A DNA stretch of 64,000 nucleotides, from contig CAWBZI010000004.1 in NCBI GenBank assembly GCA_963793265.1, forward strand, positions 576,001-640,000. Direction: 5' to 3'. The position numbers were made by a program, and so were the translations under genes. The notes beneath the pieces are model-generated. The model searched no databases and was not told the DNA's origin. It saw only the letters and a list, made by a program, of their open reading frames with translations. Numbering within the stretch: position 1 is the first letter of the stretch; the number at the start of each line of letters is the position of its first letter. Positions 20,331-31,408 of the stretch are shown here, piece after piece. This DNA is from an uncultured cyanobacterium (GTDB taxonomy: Bacteria; Cyanobacteriota; Cyanobacteriia; Phormidesmidales; Phormidesmidaceae).

Positions 20331-21176
20331 TCAAACCTCGTCGGGATCAACACCTAGCTCTCTCAGTCGCGCAGCCAGCCTGTCGGCCTTTGCCTGCGCC
20401 TGTTCTGTGTCTGTAAGCTGCCATTTGCCTTGCAAGTCACACCATCTCAGCCAGGGGCCAGGTAAATCTTCAAAATAGCCTTCCCAGAGCCCGAGGCCGA
20501 TTTCTAAATCAGGTAGCCAAACAAGAGGCGCTTGATTGCTGATAGTTTGCTCTTCGTAACAATCTCCGTTGTGCTTGAAGTACCTCAACCGTTTGGTATA
20601 TCGGCTGTACACAATATAGTGAGGAACTTTTAGATACTCCTCATAAACCATGAATTTGTCAGGAGGCGTTGTTCTTTCGACCCTGCTTTTCTCAGGAAAC
20701 TCTGCCAAGGGAGAAGTCTCCGGCGTGATGCCTACATCTGCCCAGTTCCCAGGTACCTTGTCGCTTTTTTGGTAAAACCGTCCTAAATCTTGTTCTTCTG
20801 TGTTGGGAGAAATAAACTCAACGATCACTCGGGGCGGCTGGCCTTCATCCCACGTGACATAGCTTCTGCGAAGATCGTCATTTTTGTACAAGCGAGGAAC
20901 ATCGACTGCTAAAAACCAATCTGGGCGCTTGTGCCAGATGGGATGAGCCCTATCGTAGTAAACATTGATATCAGTGCCTGGAAAAAAACGTTTACTGGCA
21001 GTGTACTGCTTCAAAGACAGTGTGCGGCTGAGGAGCTGCGGTTGAATATCGTGAAACCCATCTGGCAAACCAGGCTCCTCTGGAAATTCACTGGGCAAAT
21101 CGTACATCGTTGGCCACTTTTTAGCGGCTGCCGACGAGTCTGTTTCAGGGGTAGCGCGGCCAGCAAGAGAAGTCAT
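20331..21176 (-). CDS. Uma2-family (PD-(D/E)xK) endonuclease-like protein
   Basis: PTMYDLPSE, RPDWF, VEFISP, ERLAA-type tail DRLAARLRELGVDPD. Confidence 0.9.
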   Translation of the reverse strand: MTSLAGRATPETDSSAAAKKWPTMYDLPSEFPEEPGLPDGFHDIQPQLLSRTLSLKQYTASKRFFPGTDINVYYDRAHPIWHKRPDWFLAVDVPRLYKNDDLRRSYVTWDEGQPPRVIVEFISPNTEEQDLGRFYQKSDKVPGNWADVGITPETSPLAEFPEKSRVERTTPPDKFMVYEEYLKVPHYIVYSRYTKRLRYFKHNGDCYEEQTISNQAPLVWLPDLEIGLGLWEGYFEDLPGPWLRWCDLQGKWQLTDTEQAQAKADRLAARLRELGVDPDEV

Positions 21177-21243
21177 GAGTGAATGATACTCCGAGGCGAT
21201 AGTCCTATTCTATCTACGCGATGCCTTTTGTAATAAACAGCGT

Positions 21244-23604
21244 TTAAGGGCGCTTAACGTAGGTGTTTAGCCACTGCACCATTTCCCAAAGGACATGGCC
21301 AACTGCTTCTCGGGAGCGGTAGCCGTGTTCTTCGTATGGCAAGCTGACGTAGCGAACAGTGCCGCCTAAACCTTTGATGGCTTCGTAGAGGCGATCGCTC
21401 TGAATCGGAAACGTCCCACTGTTGTTATCTTCTGCACCATGAATCAATAGCAGCGGCTGGTTGATCTTGTCGGCGCAGGTAAAAGGAGACATTTTCATAT
21501 AAGTGTCGGTAGCATCCCAGAAATTGCGCTGTTCGCCCTGGAAGCCGAAGGGCGTGAGGCTGCGATTGTAGGCACCGCTACGAGCAATCCCAGCGGCAAA
21601 CAGATCGGTGTGGGCCAGTAGGTTGGCGGTGGTGAATGCGCCGTAGGAATGGCCGCCGATGGCGAGGCGATCGCGCTCACTCACTCCTCTTTCTACCAAG
21701 TAGTCCACCGCCGCCTGCGCGCTAGAAACTAACTGTTCTAAATAAGTGTCATTCGGCTCCGTATCACCTTCTCCCACAATCGGCATCGTTGGCCCTGAAA
21801 GCAAGGCGTACCCCTGCGTTAACAAAAACATCACAGAAGAACCGCTAGGTCTGCCAAAAGTATCTTCTGCGCGGGTCACCTGACTGGCCGTATCGCGGCT
21901 TTTGTGCTCTTCGGGATAGACCCACAGCAGGGTTGGCAGCGGGCCGTCTTTTTCAAGATCGTGGTCGGGGGGTAAATAAAGGGTGCCTGAAAGCTCTAAC
22001 CCATCGGTGCGCGTGTAGCGAACAATCTCTTTGTGAATATTTTCGTACCAGGGCAGCGGATCGGTGAAGTGCGTGAGCGCGGTTTCTGCTTTATCGGCTC
22101 TATCGTATAGCCAGTAGTTGCTGGGCTCGGTTTTACTTTCTCGTACGACGATGAGCTGTTTAGCCTGCGGGTCTAGCACTCTTCTCACCCGAGCAAAGCC
22201 ATCTTCTCCTGATTGCCAAAGTCTTTCTTTTTCACCCGTTTCAAGATTAAACCGATCTAAAAAGGGATAGATACCGCCGTCTGAAGCACCACGACCGTTC
22301 AAGTAAATGTCGCCCTCTGCTGACATTTGCAACACGTGCCAGGCATACTTTCCTCGTACGGTCATGGGCTCGCCTGGATTACTGTAGGCGTCTTGAAAGT
22401 TGCGCTCTTCTAACAGCTTTGGCGGCGTGTTTTCATCAGGAGAAATTTTCCAGGTACGGAGCTGACGAGTGCTGTATAGGGCTTCGTAGGCGATCGCAAC
22501 TGCCCCATTCCCCCAATCTAATGTATTAAACCGCAGCTCAGTCTTCCATAGCTCGCTCGGAGAGTCAGTGAAAGGAGCCGGTAAGGTGTGTAGGCGATCG
22601 CGATACTCACTTTCCTGATCAGCATCTCCCCCGTCCAAAGCCTCCACCCAATATAGGGTTGCAGGCTGATCGGCTCGCCAGCCTGACATCCGTCGCCCGT
22701 CTCTTACAGAATCAAAGTTAATTGAAATCTCTTCTGCTAGAGGCAAATCTGCCAGCGTATAAACAGAGTCTCCTTTGAGATTGAGGATTTCGGTGCGCTT
22801 AGGAAAGCGAGAGAGCGGCACCTGATACGAAAAGGGGCGGTGGGTTTTGATGACTTTAATCCACTGACCATCAGGAGACGGGGCGACGCCTGTGAACAGT
22901 TCGGCGCTCGTAACCGGCGTTTTCTCACCGTCTAGAGAAATCTGTACGAGCTGCGAGCTAAAGTAGTACTCCAGCAGCGCCTCATCGTGAGGACTGGCAA
23001 GCAAATTTGTATAGGTACGCGCAGGTGCTACGCGGCCTAAGTTCTCTTCGATGATCGGGCCGACTGGGAGCGGCGCTTTTGCAGGCGGGGGGCCACCGTC
23101 GGTTCGCACTTTGCAGAGGATTGTGTTGTCAGGAAGCCAGTAGATAGGACTGCCGCAGGTCGCGTTGATGATGGGGCCGGTAATTGCCTTGGCTTGTCCG
23201 GTTGTGACATCTAGTACCCATAGGCTGATGCCGCTGTCTTCGCCTGAAAGCTGGGTGTGGGTGAAAGAGAGATATTTGCCGCAGTCTGACCAAGCTAAGT
23301 CGCGAACGCGGGCGTCGGTGGGGAGCGCTACCGGGCGGGCTGTTTTTTCTTCGCGGCGACGGACGGCGATCGCACAGTAGTAGCCTGCTTTGGCTGGCCC
23401 CCAGGTTTGCGGGTTTAGCTGAAGTCCTGCGATCGCTACCACAGGTTCTGCTAGCTCCTCAATCGGCGGTAGCTCCATCTGCCCAAATTCAACAATCCAT
23501 TCTGCATCTGGCGAGAGCCCCACGACTGGAAGCTTGGGCGCATCGAGCATAGAGGCAATCGGCTCAGGGGGAGTTTGCCAGGTGTCCTGAGCGGGGAATG
23601 TCAT
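21244..23604 (-). CDS. S9 family peptidase (glutamyl peptidase-like)
   Basis: GHSYG, ARSGAYNRSLTPFGFQ, HG..D, E.HGY catalytic motifs. Confidence 0.92.
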   Translation of the reverse strand: MTFPAQDTWQTPPEPIASMLDAPKLPVVGLSPDAEWIVEFGQMELPPIEELAEPVVAIAGLQLNPQTWGPAKAGYYCAIAVRRREEKTARPVALPTDARVRDLAWSDCGKYLSFTHTQLSGEDSGISLWVLDVTTGQAKAITGPIINATCGSPIYWLPDNTILCKVRTDGGPPPAKAPLPVGPIIEENLGRVAPARTYTNLLASPHDEALLEYYFSSQLVQISLDGEKTPVTSAELFTGVAPSPDGQWIKVIKTHRPFSYQVPLSRFPKRTEILNLKGDSVYTLADLPLAEEISINFDSVRDGRRMSGWRADQPATLYWVEALDGGDADQESEYRDRLHTLPAPFTDSPSELWKTELRFNTLDWGNGAVAIAYEALYSTRQLRTWKISPDENTPPKLLEERNFQDAYSNPGEPMTVRGKYAWHVLQMSAEGDIYLNGRGASDGGIYPFLDRFNLETGEKERLWQSGEDGFARVRRVLDPQAKQLIVVRESKTEPSNYWLYDRADKAETALTHFTDPLPWYENIHKEIVRYTRTDGLELSGTLYLPPDHDLEKDGPLPTLLWVYPEEHKSRDTASQVTRAEDTFGRPSGSSVMFLLTQGYALLSGPTMPIVGEGDTEPNDTYLEQLVSSAQAAVDYLVERGVSERDRLAIGGHSYGAFTTANLLAHTDLFAAGIARSGAYNRSLTPFGFQGEQRNFWDATDTYMKMSPFTCADKINQPLLLIHGAEDNNSGTFPIQSDRLYEAIKGLGGTVRYVSLPYEEHGYRSREAVGHVLWEMVQWLNTYVKRP

Positions 23605-23648
23605 AGGAAGCTAAGGGTAGATAACAGTAGGTAGCGACTATTGTGAGG

Positions 23649-26633
23649 TTAATCGGTAAATTCGTCCATGGACGGGCAGGTGCAGATGAGGTTGCGATCG
23701 CCAAATGCCTGATCGATACGATTCACTGACGGCCAAAACTTGCGATCGCGTGTCCACTCAGTCGGAAACACAGCCGTTTCTCTCGAATAGCCCCGATTCC
23801 ACTCCCCAACCAAATCTGCTGTGGTATGCGGCGCGTGTAGCAAAGGACTTTCTTCAGCCGCAACCTTCTCATCCTCAATCTGTTGCACCTCAGTGCGAAT
23901 CGCAATCATCGCATCGCAGAATCGGTCTAGCTCACATAGCGCCTCACTCTCAGTCGGCTCTACCATAATCGTGCCAGCGACCGGCCAAGACATCGTAGGC
24001 GGATGAAACCCGTAGTCAATCATGCGCTTGGCAATATCATCCACATTCACATGCGCTGTTTTCTTAAACGCTCGCAAGTCCACAATGCACTCATGCGCCA
24101 CTAGGCCGCTAGCACCTTTATAAAGGATGTCGTAATGACCTTCTAGGCGCTTGGCAATGTAGTTTGCGCTCAAAATTGCCAGCTCACTTGCTCGCTTTAG
24201 CCCATCAGCCCCCATCATTTGAATGTACATCCAAGAGATCGGCAAAATGCTGGCGCTACCCCATGGCGCAGCCGAAACCGCTCCAATTGCCTGATCGCCG
24301 CCGGTTGGAATCAGGGCGTGACCCGGCAAGAAGGGAACCAAGTGCGCTGCTACGCCAATGGGGCCAACGCCTGGGCCACCGCCGCCGTGCGGAATGCAGA
24401 AAGTTTTGTGCAAGTTAAGGTGGCAAACGTCCGCGCCAATATCCCCAGGGCTACACAGCCCCACCTGCGCGTTCATATTCGCTCCGTCCATATACACCTG
24501 TCCGCCATGACGATGAACAATCTCGCAAACGGCTTTAATGCTCTCTTCAAACACACCATGCGTAGACGGATAGGTCACCATCAAAGCAGAGAGATTGTCT
24601 TTGTGCTTTTCGGCTTTAGCCTCTAAGTCAGCCACATCAATATTGCCGTCGTCGTCACATTTCACAGCGACGACCTTCATCCCGGCCATCACAGCGCTAG
24701 CGGGGTTAGTACCGTGCGCCGACTGAGGAATTAAACAGATATTGCGGTGGGTGTCGCCGCGAGACTCGTGGTATTGGTGAATGACCAACAGACCTGTGTA
24801 TTCACCCTGAGAACCCGCATTCGGCTGAAGCGAGACGCCTGCAAAGCCGGTGATTTCGCATAGCCAGTCTTCTAGTTCAGTGAAGAGAGTCTGGTAGCCC
24901 TTAGTCTGAGAAAGGGGGGCAAACGGATGGATTTGACCGAACTCAGGCCAGGTAATCGGCACCATTTCAGCCGTTGCATTGAGCTTCATGGTGCAAGAGC
25001 CCAAAGGAATCATCGCATCTGCTAAAGAGAGGTCTTTCTTTTGCAGACTGTAGAGGTAGCGCAGCAGTTCGGTTTCGCTGTGGTACTGATTAAATACGGG
25101 GTGGGTGAGGTAGTCGGAGGTGCGGCTGAAGGCTTTTGGCAGCGGCTCTGGGTTAAGTGTCTCTAGCTTGGGCGCGGTCTTGTCGCCTGCGAAGATCTCT
25201 AACAGCTCAGCAATTTGCTCAATGCCTGTTGTTTCATCTATTGAAATACCCAGCGTTTGAGGCTGGTTAGCATCGGCTGGATCTATACGTAGGTTGATTT
25301 GCCTCTCAGCGGCTCTAGCCACAATATCGGCAGTTTTGTCGCCGGTTATGACTGTGAGCGTATCAAATACCGGCTCTTCGCCTGTCTTATAGCCAAGTTT
25401 GCGCAAACCGTTTTCAAGTGCACTGGTGAGCTTGTTTACTCGAATTGCAATGTCTTTGAGTCCAGTAGGGCCATGATAAACCGCGTAGGTGCTAGCGATA
25501 ATGGCAAGCAGTACTTGAGCGGTGCAGATGTTGCTAGTCGCTGAGTCGCGGCGGATGTGCTGCTCGCGCGTTTGCAGCGCAAGCCTCAGTGCGGGCGCGC
25601 CTTTGGAATCTTTGGAAAGACCGACCAATCGACCCGGCAGCTTGCGAGCGTAGGCTTGTTTGGTGGCAAAGTAAGCCGCGTGAGGGCCACCGTAGCCGAG
25701 CGGTACGCCGAATCGTTGCGTATTGCCGACAGCGATATCTGCGCCGAACTCGCCCGGTGCTTTTAGTAGCGTTAGGCTGAGTAAGTCTGCGGCAACAGTG
25801 ACAATGGCATCAGCTTTGTGTGCACCGGCAATGCAGTCTGTGTAGTCGTAGATCGCGCCATCGGTGGCGGGGTATTGCAGGAGTACGCCGAAGAAGGGGC
25901 CATCGGTAGCAAAGTCGGTGGTGCGATGGTCACCGATGACAACTTCTATGTTGAGGGGGTGCGATCGCGTCTTTATCACATCAATCGTCTGCGGATGACA
26001 CGCCGAAGACACCCAAAACTTTTTGGCTTTCTTCGCCTCTTTGTTCTTACACAGGCCAAAGCTCATGCTCATCGCCTCAGCCGCCGCCGTGCCCTCATCT
26101 AGCAGCGAAGCATTTGCAATCTCTAATCCTGTCAAGTCGCTGACCATTGTCTGATAGTTCAGCAGCGCTTCTAGCCGACCTTGAGAAATTTCAGGCTGAT
26201 AGGGCGTGTACTGCGTGTACCAGCCGGGATTTTCTAGAATATTGCGCTGAATCACAGGGGGCGTCACGCAGCTTGAGTAGCCCAAACCGATATAGCTGCG
26301 GTATACCTGATTTTGAGCGGCAATGCCTGCAATCTTCTTCAGAGCCTCTGTTTCGCTCAAAGCCTTATCTACGGCTAGGGGCTGCTTGAGCCGAATGCCT
26401 GCGGGGACAGCCTGAGCGATTAAATCCTCTACGCTATCGAAGCCGAGCACCTTTAGCATTTGCGCAATGTCTTGATCGGTAGGGCCGAGGTGGCGAGACT
26501 CAAAGCGATCGCGCTTTAGGCTATCTGTCCACAGCGATCGCGCCTTAACTGACGAAGCAACGCCGACCGCTGTATCCGTCGCGGTTGCGTAGGTAGTAGC
26601 CTCAGAAGATGGAGCGGTTTGATCGTATGACAT
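23649..26633 (-). CDS. gcvP: Glycine decarboxylase P protein
   Basis: [40 protein letters not shown]. Confidence 0.98.
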   Translation of the reverse strand: MSYDQTAPSSEATTYATATDTAVGVASSVKARSLWTDSLKRDRFESRHLGPTDQDIAQMLKVLGFDSVEDLIAQAVPAGIRLKQPLAVDKALSETEALKKIAGIAAQNQVYRSYIGLGYSSCVTPPVIQRNILENPGWYTQYTPYQPEISQGRLEALLNYQTMVSDLTGLEIANASLLDEGTAAAEAMSMSFGLCKNKEAKKAKKFWVSSACHPQTIDVIKTRSHPLNIEVVIGDHRTTDFATDGPFFGVLLQYPATDGAIYDYTDCIAGAHKADAIVTVAADLLSLTLLKAPGEFGADIAVGNTQRFGVPLGYGGPHAAYFATKQAYARKLPGRLVGLSKDSKGAPALRLALQTREQHIRRDSATSNICTAQVLLAIIASTYAVYHGPTGLKDIAIRVNKLTSALENGLRKLGYKTGEEPVFDTLTVITGDKTADIVARAAERQINLRIDPADANQPQTLGISIDETTGIEQIAELLEIFAGDKTAPKLETLNPEPLPKAFSRTSDYLTHPVFNQYHSETELLRYLYSLQKKDLSLADAMIPLGSCTMKLNATAEMVPITWPEFGQIHPFAPLSQTKGYQTLFTELEDWLCEITGFAGVSLQPNAGSQGEYTGLLVIHQYHESRGDTHRNICLIPQSAHGTNPASAVMAGMKVVAVKCDDDGNIDVADLEAKAEKHKDNLSALMVTYPSTHGVFEESIKAVCEIVHRHGGQVYMDGANMNAQVGLCSPGDIGADVCHLNLHKTFCIPHGGGGPGVGPIGVAAHLVPFLPGHALIPTGGDQAIGAVSAAPWGSASILPISWMYIQMMGADGLKRASELAILSANYIAKRLEGHYDILYKGASGLVAHECIVDLRAFKKTAHVNVDDIAKRMIDYGFHPPTMSWPVAGTIMVEPTESEALCELDRFCDAMIAIRTEVQQIEDEKVAAEESPLLHAPHTTADLVGEWNRGYSRETAVFPTEWTRDRKFWPSVNRIDQAFGDRNLICTCPSMDEFTD

Positions 26634-26836
26634 AGCAGCAGGGGTTTAAGGTGCATTTGGCCCAAAGGGCGCTTGCTGTAACAAAACTCTTATCATTGTG
26701 TAACAAAAATGTATCTATAGCGTTGGCACAACGGCTACAGGTTTGAAGTTCCTGGCAGATTCAGTTTTTCTCTTTTGAAAGAAATATTGCACGCCTTAGA
26801 CCAAGAAGATCCCCTCAACTGCTTATACTCCAATAC

Positions 26837-26874
26837 TTCAGCCCGCTTCAGGCAATAGGCCAAAGCGGGCTGAA
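26837..26874. terminator. Hairpin between gcvH and gcvP
   Basis: TTCAGCCCGCTT...AAGCGGGCTGAA, 12-bp stem. Confidence 0.5.
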
Positions 26875-26936
26875 ACCGATTCTCTTATGACGATCTATTG
26901 AAAAATTAAAGCGCTCAGCATCTACAGCACTTATAG

Positions 26937-27338
26937 TTAGCTCTCCTCACCTTCCACCTGCTCCTCATACTCAGCCGCCGTCATCGCTTCATCTAGCTCC
27001 GACAAGTCATCCGCCTTCACCTTAATTAGCCAAGCCTCACCATAAGGGTCGTTCGCAATATCCTCTGGCGACTCTAGCAAGGCATCATTCCGCTCTAGCA
27101 CCCCACCGTTAATCGGTGACTTGAGATCTTCAACCGCTTTAACAGACTCAATTGTGCCGAAGTTTTCGCCTTTTTCTACCGTATCGCCAATCTCAGGTAG
27201 TTCTAGAAACACCACATCACCCATCTGATCGACCGCGAACGCAGTAATGCCAATCGTCACTATCTTTTCTTCTTCATCCACGCGAGCGTACTCATGCGTG
27301 TCCATGTACTGCAAATCTTCTGGATAATCAAATGCCAT
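26937..27338 (-). CDS. gcvH: Glycine cleavage H protein
   Basis: GTIESVKA lipoyl-Lys motif. Confidence 0.97.
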   Translation of the reverse strand: MAFDYPEDLQYMDTHEYARVDEEEKIVTIGITAFAVDQMGDVVFLELPEIGDTVEKGENFGTIESVKAVEDLKSPINGGVLERNDALLESPEDIANDPYGEAWLIKVKADDLSELDEAMTAAEYEEQVEGEES

Positions 27339-27470
27339 AGGGTTTCCTCAACGTGTGGGTGGCAGCAGCCGTCTCAAATTGAAATTATTCCATAGTGTCG
27401 TAACAGTGTCGCAGTCACCAGCGCTATATTCTCAACGCTCATTAGTACAATCAGACGCTCGGGTTCGATT

Positions 27471-28595
27471 CTAAGGAACCAGGCTTTGCTTAGTCGCTTT
27501 AGCCGCCTTATAGAAGGGCCGCTTCGCGACTGTTGCGACGAAAGTCTTATTCCGAATAGCCACCTTTACTGTTTGTCCAACTTTGGCTAGAGCAGGCGGC
27601 ACATAGCCAAGCGCGACCGGATAGCCAAGCGTAGGCGATAGCGTTCCGCTGGTGACCACGCCGACCGGCTGACCTTCACTCAACAGCGGATAGTCATGCC
27701 GCGCAATATTGCGGCCTTCTAGCGTGAGCCCAACCAATCGGCGCTTCAAACCGTCCGCCTTTTGCTGCTCTAGCACCGAGCGACCGATGAAGTTTTCGGC
27801 CTTGTCTAAATGCACCAGCCAGCCTAAACCGGCTTCTAATGGCGTAATCTCATCGTTAACGTCTTGACCATAGAGCGCCATTGCAGCCTCTAGTCGCAGC
27901 GTATCTCTAGCGCCCAAACCGCAAGGCTCTACCCCCTCTGCCATCAGCGCCTGCCAAACTTTTGCAGCGCCCTCAACCGGCACCATCACTTCAAATCCAT
28001 CCTCTCCGGTGTAGCCCGTTCTGGCAAAAAAGGCTGGATAGCCGAGCAGTTCGCCTGTGAGGTGGTTGTAGCGAGGGAGTTCGCTAATTGCTTCGTCTGG
28101 GCAAAGCTGCTGAAGCTTTTCGGTTGCCTTTGGCCCCTGCACGGCGATCAGCGCCTGCTCTCGTGAGAGGTCTTCAAACTTCACCGTTTCGCTCAGGTGC
28201 TCTTGTAGCCAGGTTTTGTCTTTGTCGGTAGTGCCCGCATTCACAATCAGCGTAATCTGCTGCTGGCCGTCTTTTTGGCCCTGGTGATACACAATCAAAT
28301 CGTCAATAATGCCGCCCTGTTCATTCAGCAATACGGTGTACTGCGCTTTGCCTTCCACGAGTTTAGAAAGGTCTGAGGGTACGAGCTGCTGGAGCTGGGC
28401 AATCACGTCTGGGCCGCTGAGCACAAACTTGCCCATGTGAGAAATATCGAAAGCGCCTGCTGAGGTGCGTACGGCCTCATGCTCCTGACGAATCCCGCCA
28501 AACTGTACCGGCATTTCCCAGCCTGAGAAACCAGTCATCCTTGCCTTTTGCTGAAGACAGAGCGCGTATAGGGGCGTGCGGAGCAGGGTGGTCAT
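27471..28595 (-). CDS. gcvT: Glycine cleavage aminomethyltransferase T
   Basis: RTPLY, FDISHMG, RTGYTGEDGFE, GLGARDTLRLEA. Confidence 0.97.
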   Translation of the reverse strand: MTTLLRTPLYALCLQQKARMTGFSGWEMPVQFGGIRQEHEAVRTSAGAFDISHMGKFVLSGPDVIAQLQQLVPSDLSKLVEGKAQYTVLLNEQGGIIDDLIVYHQGQKDGQQQITLIVNAGTTDKDKTWLQEHLSETVKFEDLSREQALIAVQGPKATEKLQQLCPDEAISELPRYNHLTGELLGYPAFFARTGYTGEDGFEVMVPVEGAAKVWQALMAEGVEPCGLGARDTLRLEAAMALYGQDVNDEITPLEAGLGWLVHLDKAENFIGRSVLEQQKADGLKRRLVGLTLEGRNIARHDYPLLSEGQPVGVVTSGTLSPTLGYPVALGYVPPALAKVGQTVKVAIRNKTFVATVAKRPFYKAAKATKQSLVP

Positions 28596-28689
28596 AGGTC
28601 GCTTGGTGAAAGAGGGTACTTTTGGCTGTAAGGACTGTAATTTTTGTTCGTTGTAGTTGAGTAGTGGGCGAGGCAATAGGCAATAGGCG

Positions 28690-29487
28690 ATGAGTGATGA
28701 ATCAATGGATAATAAGACGTTTTCAAGCCGTCGCTTAGCAGGAAGCTGGCTCAATACCTTCCAGTGTGTGATGGGCTCTCGGCCTCACAAGCCTAGCTTT
28801 GTTGTGTTTGATATCGGCCAGAGCGGCGGTATGATTTTGGCGAAGTGGTTTTGCGCGCATAGCGGCATTACGTTTCAAGAAGATATTCTGGCTCAGGCGG
28901 TGCGCTTCCCTCGCATGAGCGTATACCAGCACGTGCGCCAAGCTCAAGGCGAGGTGTATGGATTTAATGTGACGGTTGAGCAGCTCAGGCAGGTTCAGCG
29001 AATAGCTAATCCTAATCAGTTTTTGCAGGATTTGCACCGGGGTGGGTGTCGGGTGATTGCGCTGCATCGTCGGGACGCGCTTAGACATGCGATCGCTACT
29101 CTCAAAACCTACAGCGTCAACTGCCGCTTTGACTCAGCCGAGGCTACCCGCTCTAACAAAGTGACAGTAGACGTTAGCGAGCTAATCGCCTGCCTCAAGT
29201 ACTTAGACAACCAGCGCATAGAAGCCAACGCCATTCTGCACGGCGTCTCTCATATCAGCCTCACATACGAAGACGACCTGATGGACATAAACAGCCACGC
29301 TGCCACCGCCGAACGCCTTGGTGACTTCTTAGAGATTCCGCAGATTGAACCTGTCGGAGAACCGTTAAAGCTAGTGCATCAGCAGCTTGCCGATATCGTC
29401 GTTAACTACGACGAAATGCGTCAGGGCCTAGAAAAGTCTGATTATGCCTACCTCCTTACGAATAGTCGCTATTTGCTGACTGTGTAG
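28690..29487 (+). CDS. Sulfotransferase-like (Stf0-like) protein, possibly degenerate
   Basis: Degenerate QSGG PAPS loop, LHRRD.LR.AI, LTYEDDL, L.DIV.NY.E. Confidence 0.6.
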   Translation: MSDESMDNKTFSSRRLAGSWLNTFQCVMGSRPHKPSFVVFDIGQSGGMILAKWFCAHSGITFQEDILAQAVRFPRMSVYQHVRQAQGEVYGFNVTVEQLRQVQRIANPNQFLQDLHRGGCRVIALHRRDALRHAIATLKTYSVNCRFDSAEATRSNKVTVDVSELIACLKYLDNQRIEANAILHGVSHISLTYEDDLMDINSHAATAERLGDFLEIPQIEPVGEPLKLVHQQLADIVVNYDEMRQGLEKSDYAYLLTNSRYLLTV

Positions 29488-29500
29488 GCTCGCCAGATCA

Positions 29501-29541
29501 AATACCCCCCTTGCAAAACTACATCTGCAAGGGGGGTTATT
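29501..29541. terminator. Hairpin between convergent genes
   Basis: CCCCCCTTGCA...TGCAAGGGGGG. Confidence 0.7.
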
Positions 29542-29561
29542 GTTTGTCTAGAATTTAACTT

Positions 29562-30191
29562 CTAGAGCAAGGTAGCAGGATCAAAAGTAGGGGGCAGCAA
29601 AACAGTGTCTACCACGTGAATGACGCCATTATCTGCGGCAATATCAGGCTGCACAACGTTCGCGGTACCATTTACCATCACGCCCGCAGGATCTACAGAC
29701 ACCTCGATATCTTCACCTTCAACCGTGCTGATCGCGCCCGGCTGAATTTCGTCAGAGGTTACCGCGCCAGCTACCACGTGGTAGGCCAAGATTTCCCTAA
29801 GTGCTTCCTGATTTTCAGGCTTAGCTAGCTTTTCAACGGTGCCTTCAGGCAAAGATGCAAAGGCATCATCTGTCGGTGCAAAAACCGTGTAAGGGCCTGG
29901 CTGCTCTAGGGTTTCCTCCAAGCCAACTGCCTGAACAGCCGCGACTAGCGTATTAAACGAACCATTGGCCTCTGCTACATCCACAATAGATTCGCTCTCG
30001 CCGGGTACACCAATCGCACCCGCTTCACCTTCAATCGCACCCGGCACATCGGCGGGCACTTCAGAGGTAATATCGGCATCAGGGGCGGTGGCTGTGTCGG
30101 TACCGCACGATACGGCAACGGGTAGAATCATCAGCGCAGCCGCGAGGCCGGTTAGCTTGTTGAAAGATGTGTTGAGGGCTGAAAAACGCAT
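29562..30191 (-). CDS. Fasciclin (FAS1) domain lipoprotein
   Basis: Lipobox AVSC, TVFAPTDDAF, YHVV, NGVIHVVDTVL. Confidence 0.93.
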   Translation of the reverse strand: MRFSALNTSFNKLTGLAAALMILPVAVSCGTDTATAPDADITSEVPADVPGAIEGEAGAIGVPGESESIVDVAEANGSFNTLVAAVQAVGLEETLEQPGPYTVFAPTDDAFASLPEGTVEKLAKPENQEALREILAYHVVAGAVTSDEIQPGAISTVEGEDIEVSVDPAGVMVNGTANVVQPDIAADNGVIHVVDTVLLPPTFDPATLL

Positions 30192-30396
30192 ATGTGTTTT
30201 GAAGTAACAACGTGTGTGAGGCCGCTAAACCCTTCTGAATTTATGAGCATTCAGGAGGCTTAGCTGCCAACGTTTTGCATTAAAGAAAGTAAACATTAGG
30301 GCTTTTCCTACGCCTTGGTTACAGTTTCGTAATATTGCCGAAAAGCCAGGACACAAGTGTGCTTATGAAGTTAGTTGAGATGATGAGGGTAAGAAT

Positions 30397-31084
30397 ATGC
30401 ACGTTTTATTTGTAGAAGATGAGCCGAAGATTGCGAGCTTTGTGCAGATTGGGCTGAAGGAGCATGGATTTGTGGTGGACTATTGCGACCATGGCGATCG
30501 CGCCTACGAAAAGGCCACCCTCAACGAATACGATGTCATCCTGCTCGACATTATGATGCCAGGCAAAGACGGCCTGTTTATTCTCAAGCACCTACGTCAG
30601 CTAGGCCACAACACGCCCGTCATTTTACTCACCGCCCGCAACGAGCTAGACGACCGCCTGCAAGGGCTTAATTTAGGGGCAGACGACTACATTGCCAAGC
30701 CATTTTTTCGTTGAGGAATTAGTGGCCAGAATGCAGGCCGTGGTGCGGCGCAGCGTCGGCGAACGGCAGAATTTGGTGACGGTAGGGCCGTTTAAGCTAG
30801 ATCGGATTACGCGGACGGTGACCTGCCATATGGATGATGAGCCGCAGGCGGTAGAGCTGACCACTCGGGAGTTTAACTTGTTGGAGTATTTGATGCGATC
30901 GCCCGGCAGAGTATTCACCCGCACCCAGATGCTAGAGCACGTATGGGGCTACGACTTTAACCCCAGCACCAACGTAGTAGACGTATGCATTCAGCGCCTT
31001 CGCAAAAAAATAGACATTAAAGGCCAAAGCCGCTGGATTGAAAGCGTACGCGGTGTAGGCTATCGCTTCCGCCAGGCAGAATAA
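30397..31084 (+). pseudogene. OmpR-family response regulator with one extra base in a T6 run (30703-30708)
   Basis: Receiver domain (VEDE, LLDIMMP, GADDYIAKPF) and wHTH (LTTREF, RGVGY) lie in different frames; removing one T restores KPFFVEEL. Confidence 0.88.
30893..31080 (+). repeat. 188-bp repeat, copy 1 (3' part of the regulator gene)
   Basis: Identical by eye to the reverse complement of 45429..45616; begins ATGCGATCGC (HIP1). Confidence 0.95.
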
Positions 31085-31246
31085 GAAAATATGTGTAGAA
31101 CGGTGATAGTTATTGACCTTTTAAGCTTGGGTCTATGAAGTAGATGCTAAAGCAACCGAAAAAGACTAAGAGCATAAGGTTTCTACCATGTAGCTATGCC
31201 TTAATTTCTAGTTTGTTGATGAGTATCACTAACTTGACCGAGTTGT

Positions 31247-31295
31247 CTGATTGCTTCGTGTAAAGAAGTCAGACTTCTTTACACGAAGCAATCAG
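31247..31295. repeat. Perfect inverted repeat, 24-bp arms with a 1-nt spacer
   Basis: CTGATTGCTTCGTGTAAAGAAGTC-A-GACTTCTTTACACGAAGCAATCAG. Confidence 0.97.
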
Positions 31296-31408
31296 TTAGA
31301 CAGATTAACTAGAATAGATGTGTAAGTAGAGCTACAAACATCAAAGATAGGCAAGAGTTTTCTTGCCAAATCTACGCAAATATTCGACCCAAACGTTATG
31401 TGATGGAG

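Noticed and set aside
28596..28690. Glycine riboswitch before gcvT
   Set aside because: Under 100 bp to the divergent gene and no aptamer consensus seen
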